Virus record (IMG/VR): IMGVR_UViG_3300038443_001324
DNA: 64,000 nt
Strand: one strand, 5' to 3'
Source: an uncultured virus (IMG/VR IMGVR_UViG_3300038443_001324)
Taxonomy: Duplodnaviria > Heunggongvirae > Uroviricota > Caudoviricetes
Each line of letters starts with the position of its first letter. The stretch's first letter is position 1. Position numbers and translations under genes: made by a program. Shown here one piece after another: positions 56,767-64,000 of this stretch. The notes below the pieces were generated by a model that had not been told where the DNA came from, did not search any database, and worked only from the letters and a program-made list of their open reading frames with translations.

Positions 56767-57270
56767 CTACCAAGCAGCGGCCGCGCCCGTTACCGTGCCG
56801 CCGTTGAGCACATAGGCCGCCTTGAGGAAGTCGAGCGGCTGCGTGTGCTGCCCGTACGAATTGCCCGGCAAGCTGGCCCATATGTGCGCGCAGTTGGTGA
56901 TCACCGTGGCGATATCGCCCGCTTGCGCGGCCCCGTACGCGCGGCTTTCCTTGATCTGCTGAATGGCGTACCGGTCCTGCGAAAGCGGCCCGAAGTCTGG
57001 CAGCTCGAGCTGCGCCTTATAGGCTGGCCACCAGTGCGACATGATTTGGTAGCGGCCCGCCGCATCGGAGTTACACGCGGGCACGTATATCCGCGGATGG
57101 TCGGCGTAGCTGGCGAACGAGTGGATCGCGTTCGGCGTCGAGCCTACCAGCACGTTATAGCCGTTATCAGACCCGTTGAGCACGGCCTGCAGCAGCTCGC
57201 TCGTGGCGATCATGTCGAGCGCGGCGCACACATTCAGGCCGCCGGCGGCGCTAGGGCTAATTACCGGCAT
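56767..57270 (-). CDS. Endolysin (lambda R-like lytic transglycosylase)
   Basis: LDMIA.SE, GYNVLVG, AAGRYQ, DF.P.SQD, WASLPG..YGQ. Confidence 0.9.
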   Translation of the reverse strand: MPVISPSAAGGLNVCAALDMIATSELLQAVLNGSDNGYNVLVGSTPNAIHSFASYADHPRIYVPACNSDAAGRYQIMSHWWPAYKAQLELPDFGPLSQDRYAIQQIKESRAYGAAQAGDIATVITNCAHIWASLPGNSYGQHTQPLDFLKAAYVLNGGTVTGAAAAW

Positions 57271-57529
57271 TGGACGCGCCTCCCGTTGCGGGTTGGCCCG
57301 CGCTCTCGCCAAACTGCACGACGCGCGCGAGGATCACGAGTACAAAAGCGGCGATCGCCACGTAGTGCGCGGTGCCGTGCGGCAGCGCGTCTTTGAGATC
57401 CTGCGGCATCCGCGACCATTCATCCTCGAGCGCGTGCCCGAGCTCGAGCATCGCGATCATGGCGCCAGCAACGCGCACGCTGCCCAAGCGGTGCGCCGCC
57501 TGCCAATTGGGTATTAGACGGAGTTTCAT
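57257..57529 (-). CDS. Holin-like membrane protein
   Basis: Two hydrophobic segments; MKL.LI.NW....R..SVR; adjacent to the endolysin. Confidence 0.7.
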   Translation of the reverse strand: MKLRLIPNWQAAHRLGSVRVAGAMIAMLELGHALEDEWSRMPQDLKDALPHGTAHYVAIAAFVLVILARVVQFGESAGQPATGGASNAGN

Positions 57530-57870
57530 GCGGTTCCCTTAATCGAGGCGATCCAGTGCTTGAAGCTGTAGAGAGCGAAGGCCCCAAGGCCTAGAAGAAC
57601 GGCCCACGTGCTCGACTTCAAAACGTGGACGAGAAGCGCTTGGCGGATGCGCTTGCGCTCGGCAAGCGCCTGCATGACTTCCTCGTGATAGCGGCGGTGG
57701 CCTTCGACGTCTGCGTCGGGGAATGCTTTGAGCAGCTGATCAATTTTTCGGCCCTGATCGGCGAGCTGCTCGTTTTGCTTGGCGAGGGTTTCGTCTGTCG
57801 CGCTGTGGCGCGACTCGAGATCGCCGCGCAAGGCATTGATCGCCGCGACGACGGCTTCTTGTTCGGGCAT
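57526..57870 (-). CDS. Membrane protein, possible holin/antiholin
   Basis: AFP..D.EGHRRYHE motif, C-terminal TM; in the lysis cassette. Confidence 0.55.
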   Translation of the reverse strand: MPEQEAVVAAINALRGDLESRHSATDETLAKQNEQLADQGRKIDQLLKAFPDADVEGHRRYHEEVMQALAERKRIRQALLVHVLKSSTWAVLLGLGAFALYSFKHWIASIKGTA

Positions 57871-57947
57871 GGGGGCTCCGGTACGCGCGCCGGCGAGCGG
57901 CCGGCGCTGATAGCAAGCGGGCGCTGTGGAAGCGCCCGTCGACGTAC

Positions 57948-59315
57948 TTAAGCGGTGGCCTTAGCGCGCGAGCGCTTCGGTTTCGGAGCTGGGGGGGCAG
58001 AAGAGGTAAGGACGGCGTCGGGCTTTCGCTCGGCGAGGATCTCGGTGAAGGTGCGGCCGTCCCTTTCGAGGATTGCATTTTGCCCGGTGAAGGCCTGCCA
58101 GCGCAACACGATCGCGTCGACGAACTTCGGGTCGAGCTCCATGAGGTAGGCCGTGCGCCCCGTCTGCTCGCAGCCGATCATCGTCGAGCCGGATCCTCCG
58201 AACAGATCTAGCACGGCGTCGCCCGCCTTGCTGCTGTTCTCGATCGCGCGGCGCACGAGCTCGACAGGCTTTTGCGTGGGGTGCACATAATCGCGTTCGC
58301 GGTCGACGTTCCACACGGTCGATTGATCGCGGCCGCCATACCAGGCCGCGCGGCCGCCACTCGAGTAAATGCACGGCTCATGCTTGGCGCGGTAGTCGCC
58401 AAAGCCCCCGCCCATTTGGTTTTTCACCCAAATGATGTGCGACGAGAGCTTGCGCTCGACCATGTTGAGCGCCTTGATGAACTCGGCCGTTGTCATGTCG
58501 GCGTGCCATACGTACCACGGCGCCGCGGGCTTGAGAGCGGGCACGGCGCTCGAGAACGCTTCGTACAGGAAGTCGACGAGGCCATCGCCCTCGAGCTTGT
58601 CGTTCTTGATGCCTTCCCATTCCTTATGTCCACCCTTGTATGCCACGCCGTAGGGCGGATCTGTGTGCAGCAGATCGGCGCGCGTGCCAGCCATCAAGCG
58701 GTCCACTTCATCGGTCATCGTTGAATCGCCGCACAAGAGGCGGTGCCGCCCGAGTATCCAGAGATCACCCGCCATCGAGACGGGATCGTTCGGGATATTG
58801 GGCACCTGATCCTCGTCGATTTTGCCGGCCACCGTCTCGGGCGCGAGGATCTCGGCGAGCTGCTCGCCAAAGCCAAGCAGATCGAGCTCGAAGCCGAGCT
58901 CGGCGAGCGCGTCGAGCTCGAGCTTGAGCAGGTTGTAATCCCAGCCGGCGAGGGTGGCGAGCTGGTTGTCGGCGATCACATAGGCGCGCTGCTCGACGGG
59001 AGAGAGGTGCGAGAGATCGATGGTCGGCACGCGCGAACCATCGCACATGCGAATGCTTTGGCCGGCCTTGAACATGTCGAGCGCACCGATGATGCGCCCA
59101 TGGCCCGCGATGATGCCTTTGTTGCCGTCGAGTAGGACGGGGTTCGTGAAGCCGAATTCTTCGAAGCTGCGTTTAATCGCAGCGATTTGATCGGCGCTAT
59201 GCGTGCGCGAATTGCTCGCGTACGGCTCGAGCTCGGCCGCCTCGCGGTAGACGATCTGCAGGCCTGCGAAGGCCGGGTCGCTGCCCGCAATGATCGGCTC
59301 GTTCTTTTTTGCCAT
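57948..59315 (-). CDS. ParB-N domain fused to a DNA methyltransferase
   Basis: PY..NSRTH...FGF..PV...IIAGHGR; HRLLCGDS, DPPY, HPTQKP, LDLFGGSGST. Confidence 0.9.
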   Translation of the reverse strand: MAKKNEPIIAGSDPAFAGLQIVYREAAELEPYASNSRTHSADQIAAIKRSFEEFGFTNPVLLDGNKGIIAGHGRIIGALDMFKAGQSIRMCDGSRVPTIDLSHLSPVEQRAYVIADNQLATLAGWDYNLLKLELDALAELGFELDLLGFGEQLAEILAPETVAGKIDEDQVPNIPNDPVSMAGDLWILGRHRLLCGDSTMTDEVDRLMAGTRADLLHTDPPYGVAYKGGHKEWEGIKNDKLEGDGLVDFLYEAFSSAVPALKPAAPWYVWHADMTTAEFIKALNMVERKLSSHIIWVKNQMGGGFGDYRAKHEPCIYSSGGRAAWYGGRDQSTVWNVDRERDYVHPTQKPVELVRRAIENSSKAGDAVLDLFGGSGSTMIGCEQTGRTAYLMELDPKFVDAIVLRWQAFTGQNAILERDGRTFTEILAERKPDAVLTSSAPPAPKPKRSRAKATA

Positions 59316-59751
59316 TCAATTTCTCGCCATTGTGATAGTAACGGCGAGATATTAGCGCATTGCGCGCCATTTGCAGCACGCGAGCATGGCGCAAGCGAAG
59401 CATGGCCACGAGCGGAGCGAAAAAGCGCACAGGATCGGCCGGCGCGCCGGCGAGCTCGAGCTGCTCAGTGAGCGCCTCGACGCGGCGATGGCAGCGCGTG
59501 CAAAGCACCATTCGGTTTCGCGCACGGTTATCGCGCGTGAGCCGGTAGGGAATCAGGTGGTGATTTTCGAGGTTGCGGGTGTACTGGCAACCGGGCAATA
59601 GGAGGGAGCAGAACGGCTGGCGCATCCGATCGGCCGACGAAATCGCCTTCCAACCAGGTCCGCGATCCCGAGGGTCGCCCCTCGAAATCGCGTACGCACC
59701 CGGCACAACTCTGATTACTCCGAGGGCTTGTGATCGCATTGGATCGGCCAT
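59197..59751 (-). CDS. HNH endonuclease-like protein (boundaries uncertain, possibly degenerate)
   Basis: RGPGWK...QPFC...HHLIP...N...N...LCTRCH. Confidence 0.5.
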   Translation of the reverse strand: MADPMRSQALGVIRVVPGAYAISRGDPRDRGPGWKAISSADRMRQPFCSLLLPGCQYTRNLENHHLIPYRLTRDNRARNRMVLCTRCHRRVEALTEQLELAGAPADPVRFFAPLVAMLRLRHARVLQMARNALISRRYYHNGEKLNGKKERADHCGQRPGLRRPADRLPRGGRARAVREQFAHA

Positions 59752-59858
59752 CGAGCACTGAAGAGCCGCCAGTGTAACGTTTTCGCGTGGCCGTGGGACG
59801 AATGATTCGCACCTAAAACACCACTAATCGCGCTTTTTGCTAAAAAAGAGTTGCAATT

Positions 59859-59874
59859 TATCACGCCGGTGATA
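59859..59874. promoter_or_regulatory. Box B palindrome at a divergent control region
   Basis: TATCAC-gccg-GTGATA just downstream of TTGCAA. Confidence 0.6.
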
Positions 59875-59950
59875 GTGTCTCGACCACGGCATCGTTAGAT
59901 GCTGTAACAACGGCGCGAAAAGCGCACCACAAAATATCAAGAGGAAAAAA

Positions 59951-60298
59951 GTGCAGACCATCGAACACACCGCAGTAGCGCGCCGGCTTGTGCGCGCCAG
60001 CGCACGCAGTGTCCCGCAGCGCGAAAGAGCGCCAGCGCGCGCGGCTATCCATGCCCTCGCGGGCCTTATGGCCTTCACAGAACGGGAGTGGTTCATTGCA
60101 GTTTTCTCGTTCGCTGCCGGTGTGATCGTTGTCATTTTGTTTCTTGGAGACGCTTACTATGCTGCCCCTCACGCTCAAGACGTTGCTCAATCCCGCGGCG
60201 CGATCGCTTCAACCCAAGGCCCCGGCCGCACGGGCACCGAGCGCTTCGGCTACGCCCATCGCCCGCGCTTCCATCAAACCGCCTATGAACGCAGCTGA
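59951..60298 (+). CDS. Hypothetical membrane protein
   Basis: GAGGA RBS; TM segment WFIAVFSFAAGVIVVILFL. Confidence 0.5.
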   Translation: MQTIEHTAVARRLVRASARSVPQRERAPARAAIHALAGLMAFTEREWFIAVFSFAAGVIVVILFLGDAYYAAPHAQDVAQSRGAIASTQGPGRTGTERFGYAHRPRFHQTAYERS

Positions 60299-60596
60299 AC
60301 GCGCCTTCTACGCGAATCCGGCGATGGAGAAGCGCCGGCGCGACATGATCGCAATGCTGGGCGATCGCTGGATGGGCCACGGCCGTCATGCGCCGCCCAA
60401 GGGCGATTACACGCAGCTGCCGCCTGAGAAGCAGGCCGAGCTCAAAGGATGGATCTGTGCGGCCGAGCACCTCGAGCAGACGGCCGACGCGATCGGCGGC
60501 AATGCGGGCGATGCGTTCCGTGCGTCAGCTACTCGGCTGCGCGTGCGGGCCCGTGATCTGTTCGCGCATGGGATCGGCGGCACACATGCGCAATAG
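60285..60596 (+). CDS. Hypothetical protein
   Basis: Overlapping gene string. Confidence 0.5.
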   Translation: MNAAERAFYANPAMEKRRRDMIAMLGDRWMGHGRHAPPKGDYTQLPPEKQAELKGWICAAEHLEQTADAIGGNAGDAFRASATRLRVRARDLFAHGIGGTHAQ

Positions 60597-61107
60597 CAGG
60601 CTCGCAATCGCTACGCGCGCCCAGCACCAGCGGCGCGCGCAGATCGAGCGGCAGGCACGCGCGCTTGCCTATACCGAGATGCGCGCCCGCGCGAAAGCCC
60701 AAAAGCGCCCGATGCCCGATAGCCAAATCGTCGAGATTGCGCTCGCTGCGCACATGGCGATTGCATCGATGAGCGGCAGCTGCGCCGATGACGATCACTG
60801 GCACGTGCTCGCGTGCGCGATGAATTACACGCTCGTGCTGTGCGAGCTTGGCATCGGCGCCGACGATATCGAGATTGCACAGCACGCGCTCGGCGCGCTC
60901 GTCTCGGCTCAGGACCGACGCGAGCGCCTCGGTCGTTGGGGTTTCACCGGCGACGAGCTCACCGATATCCGCGTCGCTGTTGAGCTGCACACGCGCCAGC
61001 TGGAAACGGCCACGCGCGAGCAGTTGACCACCGCACAAACCACCATTCATAGGCGCCTCGCAGCGGGCGATCACTACAAGCGACAACCCGAACAAGAGGC
61101 AGCATGA
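60586..61107 (+). CDS. Hypothetical protein
   Basis: L..A.N...LCE.GIG ... R..R.GRWG..GDEL. Confidence 0.6.
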   Translation: MRNSRLAIATRAQHQRRAQIERQARALAYTEMRARAKAQKRPMPDSQIVEIALAAHMAIASMSGSCADDDHWHVLACAMNYTLVLCELGIGADDIEIAQHALGALVSAQDRRERLGRWGFTGDELTDIRVAVELHTRQLETATREQLTTAQTTIHRRLAAGDHYKRQPEQEAA

Positions 61108-61817
61108 GCAAGTACCGCCCTAGCCCCGCTGTATATCTCGGCAATACCCTGTTTGCGACGATTCTCGGCGCGCCACACACCGAGTTGCTCGACCTCGAAA
61201 TCGCTACTGAGCACGATATCGAAGTCGAGCTCGTGCACCGCACGCTCGACCGCTACGTGTCGAGCGAGTGGCTCACGGTAACGCTCAAGCCCAACCCCAT
61301 GCGGCCCACGCAAATGCTGCGGCTGTATGCGGTTTCGCAGGGCTACCACGAGCGCAAGCTGCAGCCGCCGGAAGCGCCAAGGCGGCAGGCAGAAGCGCCG
61401 CTCAGGGCGCCCAAGCGCGATCGCGCAGCGACCGTCGATGCGGTGTTGCCCCCAATGTTGAAAGCTACCCCTTCAGAAGCCGTCCCTTCAGAGCCGCCCC
61501 TTGTCGAACCTCCCCCGCCCGTAATCGCGCCTGCGGCCAAGCCCGCGGCGAACTCAGAGGAAATCAAAATGCCCCGTGGTGTTTACCAGCGCAACAAGAG
61601 CGCGACGCAAGACAAAAACGGCAGCGCCTTCTCGTGCGCGATGTTTGACGATGACCGGCTGCTGATTCGCGCTGGCGGGAAATCGATCGAGCTCGAGCCG
61701 GGCGATACCGAGCGCCTCGCAGCGTATTTGCGGCGCATTGGGCGTCTGCATGACTTCGCCCTCACCGAGCTTGCGTCGACCGGCGTGGATATCGATCGCG
61801 CGCACCAGCCCGCATGA
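61104..61817 (+). CDS. Hypothetical protein
   Basis: ATGA overlap; GAGG RBS. Confidence 0.55.
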   Translation: MSKYRPSPAVYLGNTLFATILGAPHTELLDLEIATEHDIEVELVHRTLDRYVSSEWLTVTLKPNPMRPTQMLRLYAVSQGYHERKLQPPEAPRRQAEAPLRAPKRDRAATVDAVLPPMLKATPSEAVPSEPPLVEPPPPVIAPAAKPAANSEEIKMPRGVYQRNKSATQDKNGSAFSCAMFDDDRLLIRAGGKSIELEPGDTERLAAYLRRIGRLHDFALTELASTGVDIDRAHQPA

Positions 61818-61965
61818 AATCGAAATTGAAACGCCATCGCTCCGATATCTTTTTGATCGTGCTTTGCCTAGCCACGCTCACATACTCCTATACGCGCGCG
61901 CCCAGCGCACGGCCGGCTACGGTATGCCGTGGCGATCGGTGAGCTTTTGCAGGAGGTAAACGAGG

Positions 61966-62154
61966 ATGCGATGCCCGGATTGCAACAGTAAGACGCGCGT
62001 GCTCGAGTCGCTGGCCGCCGGCCCCCGCGGCGAGGTGCGCCGCCGGCGCGCCTGCGTGGCCAAAGAATGCGGCAAGCGATTCAGCACGCTCGAGGTGCCC
62101 ATCACCGGGCACACGCCGACGAACCCCCTAGAGATTGCGAAGCAACCGCGCTAG
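61966..62154 (+). CDS. NrdR/Ogr-like zinc-ribbon protein
   Basis: MRCPDC...TRVLES...RRRRAC...CGKRFSTLE; AGGAGG RBS. Confidence 0.7.
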   Translation: MRCPDCNSKTRVLESLAAGPRGEVRRRRACVAKECGKRFSTLEVPITGHTPTNPLEIAKQPR

Positions 62155-62289
62155 TCATTACGAAGCGCATACCTACGTCGTGTTTTTTATCACAGGCGTA
62201 ACAAAATACTTGCATAAGGCGTGGGACGGACGATATGGTCTGCCCACGCCTTTCGTTTTGGGGCGCGTCGAAAACAAAGGGAACTTACA

Positions 62290-62613
62290 ATGACCAACCG
62301 CATACCCCTTGCGGCCTTCGTGGTGCTGCTCGTGGCGGCTTCGGCCCGCGCTGACGAAACCACAATCATCAACGCAAAGCCGGGGCAAGAAATTGTTATT
62401 CAGATCAAGCGCGATGAAACAGAGCAAGCCGCAGATCTCGTGCAGGACATTCTGAATGAAAACTTTGCGGCGGCACTCAGCCACGGCGCAACGCTGCACA
62501 ATCAGCTCATGTACAACGGCAGCGTCTACCCGGGCCCGCAAAATGGCACCGTACTGGACACTGCGCCGTTGACCGACATGGAAAACCGCGACGTCATGAA
62601 GCGCACGCACTGA
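62290..62613 (+). CDS. Putative exported protein
   Basis: Signal peptide [21 protein letters not shown]. Confidence 0.55.
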   Translation: MTNRIPLAAFVVLLVAASARADETTIINAKPGQEIVIQIKRDETEQAADLVQDILNENFAAALSHGATLHNQLMYNGSVYPGPQNGTVLDTAPLTDMENRDVMKRTH

Positions 62614-62648
62614 TACCCCCTTCATCTCCACCATTACAAGGAAAAACC

Positions 62649-63254
62649 ATGTGGATCATGCTTAACAACGCGTTTCTCTCGATCGTGGACAAGGCCAGCC
62701 GGCCCGATCACTTGATGGTGCGCGCTCGCCGAAAGGGTGATATCGAGGCCGTTTTCCCGGGTTATATCGCCCTGATCAACGTCGGCACCGACTATGCCTT
62801 TCGCGCCGAGATCCCGCGCAGCCTTGTTGCCATGACGATCGCCACGCAGATCACCGGCATCGATTACGCGAACTTCAAAGGCAGCGTGAAGGATGACGCG
62901 CGCCACGATGCCTACATGGGTGTATGGAATGTGATGATGGACTACCAGCGCGGCTACTACGATCGGCGCACGCGCGCCGCTTTTCAGCGCCGCAGCCCGC
63001 GGCCGGCAGCAATCCAGTACGACGAGTTGGCCGCCCCCGAGGTGAAAGCGAGCAGCACCGGCGCCACGGCACCGGACGCGCTCTACGAAAAAGCCGTCGA
63101 GGTTGTGAAATCGAGCGGCCGTGCGTCTATCTCGCTCGTGCAGCGGCACCTACGCATCGGCTACGGCCGTGCGGCCGGGCTGCTCGAGCAGATGGAGAAA
63201 GCAGGGGTCGTATCGCCAATGCGAGCGAACGGGGCGCGCGAAGTGCTCGCGTGA
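62649..63254 (+). CDS. Phage protein with a C-terminal FtsK-gamma winged-helix domain
   Basis: D.LY..AV.......RASIS.VQR.LRIGY.RAA.L.E.ME..GVVS. Confidence 0.8.
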   Translation: MWIMLNNAFLSIVDKASRPDHLMVRARRKGDIEAVFPGYIALINVGTDYAFRAEIPRSLVAMTIATQITGIDYANFKGSVKDDARHDAYMGVWNVMMDYQRGYYDRRTRAAFQRRSPRPAAIQYDELAAPEVKASSTGATAPDALYEKAVEVVKSSGRASISLVQRHLRIGYGRAAGLLEQMEKAGVVSPMRANGAREVLA

Positions 63255-63566
63255 AACACACTTGATCGAAATAGAGCCCCGCTATAGCGCAATGCCGGCG
63301 GGGATTTTCGCTGGATTATGCGCGATTGTTTCACGGATTTTTAGCCGCCTCGCGCCGGCATCGTTGCCCCTCAAGCCAACCCGTTCCGCCTTTACGCGCA
63401 AATCGGGGGCGACGTGTCAAACGATACGATTCTGTAACGTTCCCCCGCCACAACAATCCTGAACGGTTTACAGGCCCTACAGCGGGCCCGCGCGAATTTA
63501 TGCTGCCATGGCATTCGGCTCACCCAGCCAAGGGCGGGGCGGGCCGATTCGCCCCATAGATGCCGA

Positions 63567-64000
63567 TTAACTCCCGCCACCTAGCCCGTGAGTTTGCGAC
63601 TTCAAATTAGCGAGGGTGGCTTTGAACGCATCCGAGGGGGCGCTTTTTGGCGGTGCTTCTGCGCGCGGAACGGTCGCCGGCACTGGCATCGGGGGCTCTG
63701 CCACGTAGCCAAAGAGCTTGCGCAGGTGATCGGCGTAGCCGTGCGCGTTATCGCGCATTGCCTTGTCGAGCTCGGCTTGGCGCCACGGCCCCTCACCAGC
63801 GGCCAAGATAACGCGCAGCCTAAAGGCGTGATGCGTTTCGTTGTGCCCACGGCCAGCGATGCCGAGCGAGGCCGCCTTCGAATCGTAGCCGGGGGCGCTC
63901 TTCCACCAATCGAGCGGCACGTCTGAGGCCTCGGGGATTTCTTCATCCTCCCAGCGGCCAGCGGTGAGCCAGCCTTCGGCCATCTTGATCTTTTCGCGCT
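63567..64000 (-). CDS. 5'-truncated putative replication initiator (C-terminus)
   Basis: Open to the window edge; WL..GRWEDE motif typical of phage replication proteins. Confidence 0.5.
   Translation of the reverse strand, partial: REKIKMAEGWLTAGRWEDEEIPEASDVPLDWWKSAPGYDSKAASLGIAGRGHNETHHAFRLRVILAAGEGPWRQAELDKAMRDNAHGYADHLRKLFGYVAEPPMPVPATVPRAEAPPKSAPSDAFKATLANLKSQTHGLGGGS

Noticed and set aside
59859..59874. Lambda CI/Cro operator
   Set aside because: It shares the TATCAC half-site but has 16-bp rather than 17-bp geometry; treated as a phage-specific box B.
63255..63566. Replication origin downstream of the putative rep gene
   Set aside because: No iterons or clear AT-rich unwinding element; position alone is not enough.
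1..64000. CRISPR array, tRNA or rRNA genes, IS elements, integrase
   Set aside because: No repeat-spacer periodicity, cloverleaf, transposase or recombinase motif was found by eye; a short tRNA could have been missed.
1..64000. Frequent CTCGAG/TCGA words as a signal
   Set aside because: Largely explained by Leu-Glu and Ile/Val-Asp/Glu codon usage in a GC-rich genome; not quantified.

Overview
The window is a large part of a GC-rich siphovirus genome, probably from a Burkholderiales-like host (inferred from composition and gene style only). It is cut at both ends: a probable exonuclease fragment plus RecT on the left, and a probable replication-protein C-terminus on the right. Leftward virion genes run from ParB-MTase, holin and endolysin through TerS, TerL, portal, MuF, XkdF-type protease, scaffold, capsid, connectors, tail tube, tape measure, tip proteins and two tail fibres to the spanins. 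Rightward cassettes of small early genes interrupt this run. Four things stand out. (1) A tail fibre ends in NCNCNCNCT directly followed by a Hint autoprocessing domain, and lies in an overlapping gene string with a radical SAM/SPASM enzyme; this is a candidate RiPP-like modification system for a virion protein. (2) A ~1200-aa head-module protein combines Nudix, kinase-like and ADP-ribosyltransferase domains and is followed by two paralogous small genes. (3) Two families of palindromic sites recur at promoters with fixed spacing. (4) ParA/RHH and a plasmid-type ParB suggest a phage-plasmid lifestyle. All family assignments are by eye from motifs and synteny; no database searches were run.
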